From a virus, in the IMG/VR virus record IMGVR_UViG_3300025132_008118: DNA of 64,000 nt. The stretch is one strand, 5' to 3'. The translations under genes were made by a program, and so were the position numbers. The notes beneath the pieces are model-generated. The model saw nothing but the letters and a program-made list of their open reading frames with translations, made no database searches and was not told the DNA's origin. Numbering within the stretch: the stretch's first letter is position 1; each line of letters opens with the position of its first letter. Of this stretch, positions 48,631 through 58,095 are shown one piece after another.

Positions 48631-51600
48631 ATGGCCATATGCAAAGTACCAATTTCAGACTTACCAATTTCAGATTCTTTAGATGGGAGTGAAATTGTAC
48701 CAGTTGTTGAAGGTGTATTCACTAAACAAACTGCTTTAAGCGAATTAAGTGGTTTCGTAAATTTACAATATGTAACTGATAGTAATAATACTACAACTAC
48801 CGGGTTAAGTACTTCAGGTTTAATAACAGGTAATAATATTGTATCAATTAATAATATTACTACTACATCATTAAGTAGCACTGATATAAAAAATAATGCC
48901 AATATTGAAACTTTTACTTTAAGCAGCACGCATGCTGCAATTTCCGGTAGTTTAATCACGGATTCACTAAGCTCTAATAGTATTGATAATGTTGGTAATA
49001 TTAAAACAAGTACACTTAGTTCTGATAATATAAACAATTTAAACGATATTACAACCAACCATCTTAGAACATCAACTTTATGTGCGGATGATATAACTAT
49101 TGGTAATAATATTACAACTGAATCGATAAGCAGTACAAATATTGAAAATAAAGGCTTTATCGTTACAGATTCATTAAGTGCTACAGTTATAACTGCAGTG
49201 TCGTCGCATACAACATATATTGATATAAAACAATATGAATTATCTGGTTTTGATGTTACAGGTTCTATATCAGTTAGTGGTGATATAACTGCTTCACAAT
49301 CTCTAAAATCATTTGGTTTAAATGTTGATGAAGGATCTCTTTTTGTTGACCCATATAATAATAGAGTTGGTATTAATACATCTAACCCAATATCTGGTTT
49401 AGATATTAATAGCGGAGGTTTGCGAGTAAAAGGAGGAGCATTTCTTTCATCAGGTCGCGTTGATATATCAGATGATTTAGCAGTAGATGCTGATACTTTA
49501 TTTGTAGATAGTGTTAATGATAGAGTTGGTATTAATACATCTAACCCAATATCTGGTTTAGATGTTAATAACGGTTTAAAGGTAGATGGAGGAGTATTTC
49601 TTTCATCAGGTCGCGTTGATATATCAGATGATTTAGCAGTAGATGCTGATACTTTATTTGTAGATTCGGTAAACGATAGAGTAGGTATTAATAAATCAGG
49701 ACCAAGTGAAGCATTAGACGTAGATGGTAATATTAAAATACCTGCTGATAAATTTTATAGAATGGCTGGAGATGCATTCCAAATCGGTACCGATGGTGGT
49801 CATCAAGGTATGCATTTCCACGCAGGAGGAAGCGAAAAAGTAACTTTATTATCTGGAGGTAATTTAGGTATAGCAGTAACTGATCCTGACCAGAAATTAG
49901 AAGTAGATGGTAATATTAAAATAAGTGCTGAAAGATATTTGCAATTCGCGGGGGATGCTTACCAAATTGGTGTAGATGGTATTCCTAAACGTATACAATT
50001 CCACACCGATGGTCAAGAAGTAGTATCTATTTTATCTGGAGGCAATTTAGGTATAGGTACTATTGATCCTAATAAAACTTTAACAGTTGTTGGGGACATT
50101 TCAGCAACTGAACATTTATTCAGTAAGGGTGTATGCGGAAACCAAATAGGTAGTATTCATAATACTAATGTATTATTATCAGATGATCTTATTTTACAAA
50201 CTGGTACTGCTTTACCTAGTAATAGACTTATAATTAAACCTTCCGGTGAAGTTGGTATTGGTGTAACCCCTACTAATGGGGTTAGTTTAGCAACAACTAG
50301 TTTTTCAGCTCAAAGTTTATCAGCTAATAAAATAATTGGTGGTGTATTTAATAAAGCGACCGCAGGCGATAGCGGGGTACTCGCCGGTAATTTTAATGTT
50401 GCTAGTGGTTGTGGTTCAGCTGTATTAGGTGGTAGTCTAAATGTAGCTAGCTATACAGGTGCAGCTGTTGTAGCAGGTACTGGTAACCAAGCAAGTAATG
50501 GCATTGGGTCAGCTATATTAGGTGGTCAATTTAATGTAGCTAACTTCGTTTCTGTCGTTGTTGGTGGTACTACTAATACAGCTAGTGGTTTAAGATCAAT
50601 CGTAGGTGCTGGTCGGTGTAATCAAGCTGAAGGTACTGACTCATCAGTCGTTGGAGGTTTTAGTGGTGGAGCTATTGGCACTAATTCATTTATAGGAGGC
50701 GGTGAAATTAATGTAGCTAGTGGCACTGACTCATCAGTCGTTGGTGGGTTGAGTAGTATAGCTAGTGGTACTAATTCATTTATAGGTGGTGGTAACGGTA
50801 ATGTTGCCAGCGGTATTGAATCAACTATTGCTGGAGGTATTAGTATTAGTGCTTGTGGAAAGCAATCATTTGTAGGTGGTGGTCGTTGTAATACAGCCGG
50901 TGGTTACCGTTCAACCGTAGGTGGTGGTGATTTTAATACAGCTATTGCTAATAGAACGACGGTAGCAGGCGGCGCCGGTAATACAGCTTGTGCTAATTGC
51001 GCTACCGTTGGTGGTGGTCAAATTAATATAGCATCCGGCGTTCATTCATTCATTGGAGGGGGTTGTGCTAATATAGCTAGTGGCACTCATTCAACAGTAG
51101 CAGGGGGGGAAGATAATACAGCTAGCGGTAATCGCTCATTCGTAGGTGGAGGAGAAGATAATATAGCTAGTGGTATTAATTCAACTATAGCTGGTGGGTG
51201 CTGTAGTATAGCCAGCGGCACTTTTTCATTTATCGGTGCTGGTTTTAAAAATGAAGCTATTGGTCACAGTACAGCAATTGGCACTGGTTTTTGTAATATT
51301 GCTAGTGGTGATTATTCCACGATTGCCGGTGGTTTTAGTAGTAGAGCTAGCGGTAATAAATCATTTATAGGTGGTGGTTGTTGTAATGTATCATCTGGTT
51401 CTGCAGCATTCGTAGGCAGTGGTTATTTTAATAACGCTAGTGGTCATTATTCATCAGTAGTTGGTGGTTTAAGTAGTATAGCTAGCGGTAATAATTCATT
51501 TATAGGTGGTGGTTGTCATAATAAAGCTACTGGTACTTATTCATTTATTGGAGCCGGTGAAAGTAATAGAGCTACTGGTTACCAATCATTTGTAGGAGGT

Positions 51601-53439
51601 GGTCAGAATAATACATCTAGTGCCAATAGAACGACGGTAGCAGGCGGCGCCGGGGTTGAGGCAACTGCTAATTGTGCAACAGCAGCTGGTGGTCAAATTA
51701 ATATAGCATCTGGTGTTCATTCATTCATTGGAGGTGGTTGTAAAAATACAGCTAGCAATCAGTGTTCAACAGTTGCTGGTGGTCGTTGTAATACAGCTAG
51801 TGGTAATCGCTCATTCGTAGGTGGAGGAGAAGAAAATATAGCTAGTGGTAGTATGTCAAATGTTGGTGGAGGTTGTTTTAATCAAGCTAATGCTAATAGT
51901 GCTACTGTGGCCGGGGGTTTTCTTAATATAGCTGCTAGCGTTCATTCAACTATTGCTGGAGGTTTTAGTAGCTGTGCAACCGGTAATAATACATTTATAG
52001 GTGGAGGTCGTACTAATGTAGCATCCGGTTCAGGAGCAGTTATTGGTGGGGGTTGTAGTAACGTAGCATCCGGTTCAGGAACATTTATAGGAGGTGGTCA
52101 TAATAATACAGCATCTGGTAATTATTCATCAGTAGATGGTGGTAATAATAATACAGCATCTGGTGATAGCTCATTTGTAGGCGGAGGTCTCGGTAATGTC
52201 GCTTCAGGTAGTAAATCATTTATTGGTGGTGGGGGCGATGTTTACAATGGCTTGTTTTATGCTAATACAGCTTCAGGTGGTAAATCATTTATTGGTAATG
52301 GTGGTCAATACGGCGGTGGTACTGGTGTACAAATAGCGACCAATCATTATTCATTTATTGGTAACGGTACTGGTAATGCAGCATCTGGTGTAAAATCGAC
52401 TGTTTTAAACGGTGGTTGTAATGGAGCATCTAATACATATGCGACTGTTTTAAACGGTGTATATAATGCAGCAACGGCTGGTGGCGCAGCTGTTGTAAAC
52501 GGTACTTGTAATGTAGCTAAAGGTTTAAATAGTACAATAATAAATGGAACTTATAATACTATATGCGGAGTAGCGGGTAATGGTAGAGATAATTTTATCG
52601 GTGGAGGTTTTAGGCATTGCATTCTTAACCTTGGTGTTCGTTCAGGTATTGTTAATGGTGCATGTAACATAGTTAATAGTTCATGTAGTTTTATAGGTGG
52701 TGGTTATAAGAATTACACATCTGGTTTACAATCATCAGTGGTCGGTGGAGAATGCAATAAAGCTAACGGTAGCCGTTCAACCGTAGGTGGAGGAGAAGAT
52801 AATATAGCTAGTAATACTACTTCAACAATAGCTGGTGGGTTTAGTGGTAGAGCTATTGGTAGACAAACATTTATAGGAGGTGGTTATACTAATGTAGCAT
52901 CTGGTTCAGCAACTAGTGTTGTTGGAGGTTGTCAAAATCGTTCGTGTGCAGATAATTCATTCATTGGTGGTGGTTTAACCAACAGTGTTTTCGCATCAGC
53001 AGGGGCTATTGTCGGAGGTGCTCGAAATTGTATCCCAACAGGTACCGTGGCCGCGACATTTATTGGTGGTGGTGAAAATAATTATAATTGTGGCACCAAT
53101 TCAGCAATAGTTGGTGGTAGAACAAATCAAATAGTTCATCATTGTGGCTTTATTGGTGGTGGTAGGAATAATCTCGTGTATTCGCAGGGATCAGCTGTTG
53201 TAGGAGGCTGCAGCAATCGTTCATGCGGTAGTTACAGTACAATTATAGGTGGTAGGGGCAATGAAGTCTACCGTGGCCATACAAATTCGTTTATTGGTGG
53301 TACGGGTATTTTGTCAGTTTCATCAAATATGTTCCATACAAATAGCTTATTTTTAAGTGCTGGAGCATTACCTACAAGTGACCCAGGCGTAGTAGGTGTT
53401 GTTTGGAGAGATGGTACTGACCTTAAGATCAGTGTTTAA
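48631..53439 (+). CDS. 1602-aa tail fibre/adhesin with shaft repeats and many 15-aa GGG-x2-N-x-A-S-G repeats
   Basis: NRVGINTSNP/GNLGIG shaft motifs; SFIGGGxxNxASG repeats; C-terminal LPTSDPGVVGVVWRDG. Confidence 0.85.
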   Translation: MAICKVPISDLPISDSLDGSEIVPVVEGVFTKQTALSELSGFVNLQYVTDSNNTTTTGLSTSGLITGNNIVSINNITTTSLSSTDIKNNANIETFTLSSTHAAISGSLITDSLSSNSIDNVGNIKTSTLSSDNINNLNDITTNHLRTSTLCADDITIGNNITTESISSTNIENKGFIVTDSLSATVITAVSSHTTYIDIKQYELSGFDVTGSISVSGDITASQSLKSFGLNVDEGSLFVDPYNNRVGINTSNPISGLDINSGGLRVKGGAFLSSGRVDISDDLAVDADTLFVDSVNDRVGINTSNPISGLDVNNGLKVDGGVFLSSGRVDISDDLAVDADTLFVDSVNDRVGINKSGPSEALDVDGNIKIPADKFYRMAGDAFQIGTDGGHQGMHFHAGGSEKVTLLSGGNLGIAVTDPDQKLEVDGNIKISAERYLQFAGDAYQIGVDGIPKRIQFHTDGQEVVSILSGGNLGIGTIDPNKTLTVVGDISATEHLFSKGVCGNQIGSIHNTNVLLSDDLILQTGTALPSNRLIIKPSGEVGIGVTPTNGVSLATTSFSAQSLSANKIIGGVFNKATAGDSGVLAGNFNVASGCGSAVLGGSLNVASYTGAAVVAGTGNQASNGIGSAILGGQFNVANFVSVVVGGTTNTASGLRSIVGAGRCNQAEGTDSSVVGGFSGGAIGTNSFIGGGEINVASGTDSSVVGGLSSIASGTNSFIGGGNGNVASGIESTIAGGISISACGKQSFVGGGRCNTAGGYRSTVGGGDFNTAIANRTTVAGGAGNTACANCATVGGGQINIASGVHSFIGGGCANIASGTHSTVAGGEDNTASGNRSFVGGGEDNIASGINSTIAGGCCSIASGTFSFIGAGFKNEAIGHSTAIGTGFCNIASGDYSTIAGGFSSRASGNKSFIGGGCCNVSSGSAAFVGSGYFNNASGHYSSVVGGLSSIASGNNSFIGGGCHNKATGTYSFIGAGESNRATGYQSFVGGGQNNTSSANRTTVAGGAGVEATANCATAAGGQINIASGVHSFIGGGCKNTASNQCSTVAGGRCNTASGNRSFVGGGEENIASGSMSNVGGGCFNQANANSATVAGGFLNIAASVHSTIAGGFSSCATGNNTFIGGGRTNVASGSGAVIGGGCSNVASGSGTFIGGGHNNTASGNYSSVDGGNNNTASGDSSFVGGGLGNVASGSKSFIGGGGDVYNGLFYANTASGGKSFIGNGGQYGGGTGVQIATNHYSFIGNGTGNAASGVKSTVLNGGCNGASNTYATVLNGVYNAATAGGAAVVNGTCNVAKGLNSTIINGTYNTICGVAGNGRDNFIGGGFRHCILNLGVRSGIVNGACNIVNSSCSFIGGGYKNYTSGLQSSVVGGECNKANGSRSTVGGGEDNIASNTTSTIAGGFSGRAIGRQTFIGGGYTNVASGSATSVVGGCQNRSCADNSFIGGGLTNSVFASAGAIVGGARNCIPTGTVAATFIGGGENNYNCGTNSAIVGGRTNQIVHHCGFIGGGRNNLVYSQGSAVVGGCSNRSCGSYSTIIGGRGNEVYRGHTNSFIGGTGILSVSSNMFHTNSLFLSAGALPTSDPGVVGVVWRDGTDLKISV
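49361..49665 (+). repeat. In-frame tandem duplication (period 156-159 nt)
   Basis: 49432-49509 nearly identical to 49588-49665; 49361-49404 repeated at 49520-49563. Confidence 0.85.
50951..51850 (+). repeat. Internal duplication with 675-nt period (15 x 45-nt units)
   Basis: Matching blocks at 50951/51626, 51031/51706 and 51121/51796. Confidence 0.8.
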
Positions 53440-54260
53440 TCGATATAAGCGAAAGCCTTTTGATACCATCCATATTCAGTATCAATTCTATTACAAGATT
53501 CTTCTCCTATTATTTCTTTATAATTATCTACTAAAGGTTCTACCTTATTTCTAATAGTATGTAGATCATTATCTAAAGCATGTATAACATCATTTTCTTT
53601 AGTTGTTTGTTCAATATTATTAAAGTTATGATTGTATCTTTCTAAATTTAAAATATCATAAACTTCATCCATTATTTGTTGAGGCTGTGATGTTAAATCT
53701 TCAGCACGTATAAACATTATTTTATTTTCTAGACCTAATTCATAAATCTCTTGAATTCTATCTAAACTAATACTAACTGGTATATTATTTAGATACATAT
53801 CAACTCTCTTATATACTGTTGTGCCTCTAGCTTCATGGTTTACTAACCATTGAGATGTTTTATCTGGATTCTTTCTATGTAATTTTTCAAAAGATGCTAC
53901 TATACTTTTTAAGTTTCTTACCATACAGAAAATTTTAGGTTGTTCACCTAGAAAGTTTTCCATCCAAGGTATATTACCTTTCCAACCTCTACCCTTTAAT
54001 ATAATATTTGGTTTATTAGTTAGAGTATTGCAATAGGCTTGCATACCACCTTTACAAAAGTTACGCCATGATTGTAAATATGTATCTTGATCTATAGCTG
54101 CTTTAAATTCAACACCATCTGTAAATCGTTGTCTTGCTCCATCTAATAATTCTATAAGACCATCAGTTGCAGTAGCGTGAAAGTTAGGGTTTTGAGCAAA
54201 TATATTTTGTAATAATGTACTACAAGCTCTGGGCATCGAGGAATTAAAAATTATATTCAT
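53436..54260 (-). CDS. Sulfotransferase family protein
   Basis: PAPS-binding SMPRACSTLL, MVRNLKSIVASFEKL, IRAEDLTSQP. Confidence 0.85.
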   Translation of the reverse strand: MNIIFNSSMPRACSTLLQNIFAQNPNFHATATDGLIELLDGARQRFTDGVEFKAAIDQDTYLQSWRNFCKGGMQAYCNTLTNKPNIILKGRGWKGNIPWMENFLGEQPKIFCMVRNLKSIVASFEKLHRKNPDKTSQWLVNHEARGTTVYKRVDMYLNNIPVSISLDRIQEIYELGLENKIMFIRAEDLTSQPQQIMDEVYDILNLERYNHNFNNIEQTTKENDVIHALDNDLHTIRNKVEPLVDNYKEIIGEESCNRIDTEYGWYQKAFAYID

Positions 54261-55198
54261 TTTACTATACTATCGTAAACTGCTTGTAAGTCGAAAATAT
54301 CAAAATTATCATACGGAAACTCATGTTCAGGGCCATTAAAATCATGATCAAAAAACAAACTATCAATCATACTACCACCGCATGGTTTTATTTTTTCTTT
54401 ATTTGGTAATATATTTTTATGCATTTGATATCCAAAAACATCTGGACTGGTACCAATCCAGCACACTGTCGAATGTAATTTAAATGCAGCAGCTGCATGC
54501 TGTAAACAGCTATCAATTAATAATCTTTTTTCTGATTTAAGTAGTAATGATAAAAACGTACGTTTACTTGCAATTGCATCGACCCTTTCTGCATTATTTA
54601 AAGATGGTCCATTTTTTCTTGTAACGTGATATATCTTATATTTTTTTGATAGTTCATTAACTAAAATTTGCGATTGTGACACTGGTAAATCTCTAGTCCA
54701 ACAATACGATCGACCATCTTCATAATTACCCCCATTCGTTTGCATAACTAATATTGGTTTATCGCTTTGAATATTATGCGCATAATATGTCTGTTCAGCA
54801 ATATTAAAATAAAGTTCAGGTTGTATATTTCCGTCAAAAGGCAGATCGTGAAGTTCACACCACGACTTAATTAAATGTTGCTTACTATATAAGTGATCTG
54901 TACAAAAATATGGTTCACCTTTTAAAACTATACTTTCTCTTCCTTCAAGATAATCTCTATAAAAGTAAGGGGTATTGCCTGATTGTAAAACTCTATGAAC
55001 TCTTGGATTATTTAAGAAAATTTCTGCCCATGGTGTTAGTACAATTATTTTATGGTCAGGATATTTAGCTTGAATACATCTAACTACTGCAGTAGATGCA
55101 ATTATTTTACCTAAACCACCTTCCGGATTAAAGATTATATAATTATCTTTTTTTGACATATAATTAGTTATTAGTATGGATTTGATATTCCATATCAA
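54257..55198 (-). CDS. GT-B glycosyltransferase (GT9/heptosyltransferase-like)
   Basis: EGGLGKIIASTAV...YPDHKIIV, LIDSCLQHAAAA...TVCW. Confidence 0.7.
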   Translation of the reverse strand: MIWNIKSILITNYMSKKDNYIIFNPEGGLGKIIASTAVVRCIQAKYPDHKIIVLTPWAEIFLNNPRVHRVLQSGNTPYFYRDYLEGRESIVLKGEPYFCTDHLYSKQHLIKSWCELHDLPFDGNIQPELYFNIAEQTYYAHNIQSDKPILVMQTNGGNYEDGRSYCWTRDLPVSQSQILVNELSKKYKIYHVTRKNGPSLNNAERVDAIASKRTFLSLLLKSEKRLLIDSCLQHAAAAFKLHSTVCWIGTSPDVFGYQMHKNILPNKEKIKPCGGSMIDSLFFDHDFNGPEHEFPYDNFDIFDLQAVYDSIVK

Positions 55199-56144
55199 CT
55201 AAAGAAGTAATATTATTAACACCTGCATAGCTCATACAGCTTTGTATCCCTTGATTAATTCTATTAAAGTATTGTATATATGTTTCATTTCTCATATCCA
55301 TATACACTGTTTGACCTTCTACATAACCATCATGACCTTTATTAGTTGACGATGCGCTACCGTAAAACACTTTTTTATCAACATTACCCATTGCAGGTCC
55401 TCCAATAATATCAGCAGGGCTATCTTCACACTTTGCAAATTCACTGCCTATCATAACCATATTAGCTCCCGCTACTAGTGCTTTACATACATCCCCTACT
55501 TCTCTTATTTGACCATCAGCTATAATAGGTATGGTAGTTTCCCAGCTAAAGAATTTAGCATTTGCTATGCTTTCAACTGCAGAGAACATAGGGGTACCAA
55601 CCCCAGTACAGTTATACGTAGTACAGCTCTTACCCATCGACAAACCGACTTTAACAGCATCAGCTCCCCACTCATATAAATCAGTTGCTGCGTCATAAGT
55701 ACCTACATTACCTGCTATAATTTTTACGTTTAACCTATCCTTTATATAAGTAATCATATTTTTTACCAAAACATGATGACCATGAGCAACATCAATAGTA
55801 ATAAAATCTACACTTACATCTTTTTCTACAATATTGTCAATAAAATTTCGATCCTTTTCATTTACCCCGACGGATATTGAAATAGTTTTCATATCTTCGT
55901 TTTCAATTATCCAATCTAAAATATCCCCGTAATCATAAAATCTATGCAGTACGTAAAAATAACCAGCTTCACTTAACTCTCTAGCTTTTTTAAAATCAAT
56001 AGTGCATTTCATATTAGCTGGTATAGCAGCGCTTTCAAATCTTTTACCTAAAAACTTTACTGATGCATCTAAAGATGATCTTGATTTAATTTCAGAGTAT
56101 GCAGGTTGCAATACTATATCTTTATAACTATAGAATGTATTCAT
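55164..56144 (-). CDS. guaC: GMP reductase
   Basis: IDVAHGH, IIAGNVGT, GADAVKVG..GKSCTT, PIIADG, KALVAGA. Confidence 0.88.
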   Translation of the reverse strand: MNTFYSYKDIVLQPAYSEIKSRSSLDASVKFLGKRFESAAIPANMKCTIDFKKARELSEAGYFYVLHRFYDYGDILDWIIENEDMKTISISVGVNEKDRNFIDNIVEKDVSVDFITIDVAHGHHVLVKNMITYIKDRLNVKIIAGNVGTYDAATDLYEWGADAVKVGLSMGKSCTTYNCTGVGTPMFSAVESIANAKFFSWETTIPIIADGQIREVGDVCKALVAGANMVMIGSEFAKCEDSPADIIGGPAMGNVDKKVFYGSASSTNKGHDGYVEGQTVYMDMRNETYIQYFNRINQGIQSCMSYAGVNNITSLVDMEYQIHTNN

Positions 56145-56341
56145 TATTTATTTCCTTTCATAAATGCTATTAAGCAATCGTATGGGCTAAACCCAACGTT
56201 TTGTAATTTAATATACTGGTCACAAAAATCATCTTGCATATGTTTTTTCTCAATATCTCTTAAAACGGTATCAACTGTACCTTGTTGCTTTTTATCTACT
56301 TCCACACGTAATTGCTCTCGTATAGCATTATACTTACTCAT
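56144..56341 (-). CDS. Hypothetical protein, first gene of the guaC operon
   Basis: 65 aa; start 1-nt coupled to guaC. Confidence 0.65.
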   Translation of the reverse strand: MSKYNAIREQLRVEVDKKQQGTVDTVLRDIEKKHMQDDFCDQYIKLQNVGFSPYDCLIAFMKGNK

Positions 56342-56375
56342 ATATATATTATAGCTTATGCTATTAAGATTTCAA
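56342..56375 (-). promoter_or_regulatory. Sigma70-type promoter TTGAAA-N16-TATAAT-N6-ATG
   Basis: On the plus strand: attata 56348-53, tttcaa 56370-75. Confidence 0.65.
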
Positions 56376-56581
56376 GAGTCGTTTAAACTTTTTAACCATT
56401 TTTTTCTATGGTGCCTCGTCCATAAAAAAACCGCTTGTATTTTTCCAATATCGCGGCCTTGTTTTTCGGATTCTATCCACTTTAGTTTATCAATTTCTTG
56501 CTGTTCTAGCAAATAAAATTGGTAAACTTTAGAGTCATAAAACCCTTTACCCATAACTATATTTATTTGGTCTTGTAACAT
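56372..56581 (-). CDS. DUF4032-like (KWIESEK) small protein, paralog 2
   Basis: SKVYQFY..EQQEIDKLKWIESEKQGRDIG...W..HHRKKW. Confidence 0.7.
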   Translation of the reverse strand: MLQDQINIVMGKGFYDSKVYQFYLLEQQEIDKLKWIESEKQGRDIGKIQAVFLWTRHHRKKWLKSLNDS

Positions 56582-56841
56582 AAAAATATTATAATCATTA
56601 ATAAACTACAAATGGCTCCGAATACATAATTTGTAATTAAAATTAAATTAAAACCTATATCAGATAATGTATAAATTATTGCAGATATATAGCCTAATAA
56701 AGATAAAATGAAAAGTGAAACACTAATATCATTAACCTTTTTCGTTTTAAGGCTTTTAACTATCTGCGGTATATAACAAATAGCAAAACATAAAGTATAA
56801 AACCAACCGACTACTACCATTTCAATACTTAATAGCTCCAA
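56563..56841 (-). CDS. PQ-loop/SemiSWEET-type small transporter
   Basis: CYIPQIVKSLKTKKVNDIS; three TM helices. Confidence 0.8.
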   Translation of the reverse strand: MELLSIEMVVVGWFYTLCFAICYIPQIVKSLKTKKVNDISVSLFILSLLGYISAIIYTLSDIGFNLILITNYVFGAICSLLMIIIFLCYKTK

Positions 56842-57269
56842 AAATATTCAATTTCTTTACCGGTCCTTTTAAACTTATCCTTATAGTATTGATTATCTTT
56901 CTTAATAAGATTACTTCGATGTGATAAATGTACTCTTGCATCTTTTATAAATTTGGGATATACAACTGGTTTAGATTTATCAAAATGAGCTTCTATTTTT
57001 TCAGTACATGTATCTTTATACCCTCTACGTTTCCACTCTTTACAAATTGATAGACCATAAAGACATAATGCATTAGAATAATCACCTTTATCATTATACC
57101 ACATCTTTCTAGCTGGGTGATTCTTCCAACCTTTAACTGGTTCTTTATTCTTAAGCTTTTTAATACTGTTAAGTAATTGTAGTACTTCTACTCGCTGCTT
57201 ACCAAGCCTTCTATAATCTAAAGCCTTAGCTGATTCTTTAAATGACCCATAAGGTAAAAACGTCTGCAT
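56829..57269 (-). CDS. Pyrimidine-dimer DNA glycosylase-like protein (MSMEG_6728 family)
   Basis: MQTFLPY...LDYRRLGKQRVE...HPARKMW...EWKRRGY...HLSHRSNL. Confidence 0.85.
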   Translation of the reverse strand: MQTFLPYGSFKESAKALDYRRLGKQRVEVLQLLNSIKKLKNKEPVKGWKNHPARKMWYNDKGDYSNALCLYGLSICKEWKRRGYKDTCTEKIEAHFDKSKPVVYPKFIKDARVHLSHRSNLIKKDNQYYKDKFKRTGKEIEYFWSY

Positions 57270-57358
57270 TCATATATTATATGAAAGTTCCTTTATAATG
57301 CCCACCATCCGTCCCCTGTTTAGTTTTATAGTTATGCTCCGACCTTTAACTATTTATA

Positions 57359-57775
57359 TTAAACGGTATACTTTTTAATATATTCCTCTTTCTTTCTTCG
57401 GGGAACGCTTACTCTAAGCATACCATCGGCATATTTGAACTTAATCTTATTTAGGTCATACTCTTTACCAATAGAAAAACTTCTATTGTATGTCTGAGTT
57501 TCTTCACTGTCATGTGTTAAGACGGATCTTTTACCTTCAATATAGACGTCTCTTCGTTCAGAATCAACCTTAAGGTCTAGATCATCTTTCATTACACCTG
57601 GTATGTCAATATCTACGTTTAGCCCATCTTCACGTTGAGCAAAACGAACTTGATCACCAGTTCTATATACTTCTTCCAAATTATGGAAGACAGGAGTTAT
57701 GTTAAAAAAGCCATTTAAGGCTTGTTCTATTTCATTTATGGGGTTAGTATACCCTCTTGTAGTTAGTTTAGTCAT
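57359..57775 (-). CDS. hsp20: Small heat-shock protein (Hsp20/alpha-crystallin)
   Basis: DIPGVMKDDLDL, YNRSFSI, YADGMLRVSVPR. Confidence 0.85.
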   Translation of the reverse strand: MTKLTTRGYTNPINEIEQALNGFFNITPVFHNLEEVYRTGDQVRFAQREDGLNVDIDIPGVMKDDLDLKVDSERRDVYIEGKRSVLTHDSEETQTYNRSFSIGKEYDLNKIKFKYADGMLRVSVPRRKKEEYIKKYTV

Positions 57776-57835
57776 AGAAAAATATTTAGTTATAAAATAA
57801 AAAAACTCAATAAATTTTGATTAAATATATATGAG

Positions 57836-57906
57836 TCGTTCATCTCTTTTAGAGATCTCTTTAAAGGAGACGGAAGTAAGAGACATAGTGTCCCTGAAGG
57901 AACGCG
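57836..57906 (+). ncRNA. Glutamine-I (glnA motif) riboswitch-like RNA
   Basis: P1 CGTTC/GAACG; 12-bp P2 TCTCTTTTAGAG-ATCT-CTTTAAAGGAGA; junction CGGAAGTAAG; P3 GACA-TAG-TGTC; TGAAG; TAAATA promoter at 57822. Confidence 0.82.
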
Positions 57907-57937
57907 TGAATTAAAAAACACGTACCAAAGGAAAATT

Positions 57938-58075
57938 ATGAATAAAACAATATGGAGAGGCTCCGAATACGATCTTAAAGCTAGATCGCAAAAGGTAGCT
58001 AAGCATACTGTACAAGGTATCTATAGAGGGGTAAAGCACCTTATCGATTTACCTAGTAAAAAAGTGAGAGTATAA
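57938..58075 (+). CDS. 45-aa basic YRG-motif (DUF4278-like) peptide (not in ORF track)
   Basis: MNKTIWRGSEYDLKARSQKVAKHTVQGIYRGVKHLIDLPSKKVRV*; SD AAAGGA upstream; terminator downstream. Confidence 0.75.
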   Translation: MNKTIWRGSEYDLKARSQKVAKHTVQGIYRGVKHLIDLPSKKVRV

Positions 58076-58095
58076 TAGCCTCGTAATTAAAGTTC

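Noticed and set aside
48631-53439. Diversity-generating retroelement template/variable repeats in the fibre
   Set aside because: No reverse transcriptase in the window; the repeats are in-frame intragenic duplications and their differences are not restricted to adenines.
57831-57914. 27-aa ORF (MSRSSLLEISL...) spanning the riboswitch
   Set aside because: The spacing from TAAATA is 3 nt, not the usual 5-7, and the sequence is explained by the RNA fold. A leader-peptide role is not excluded.
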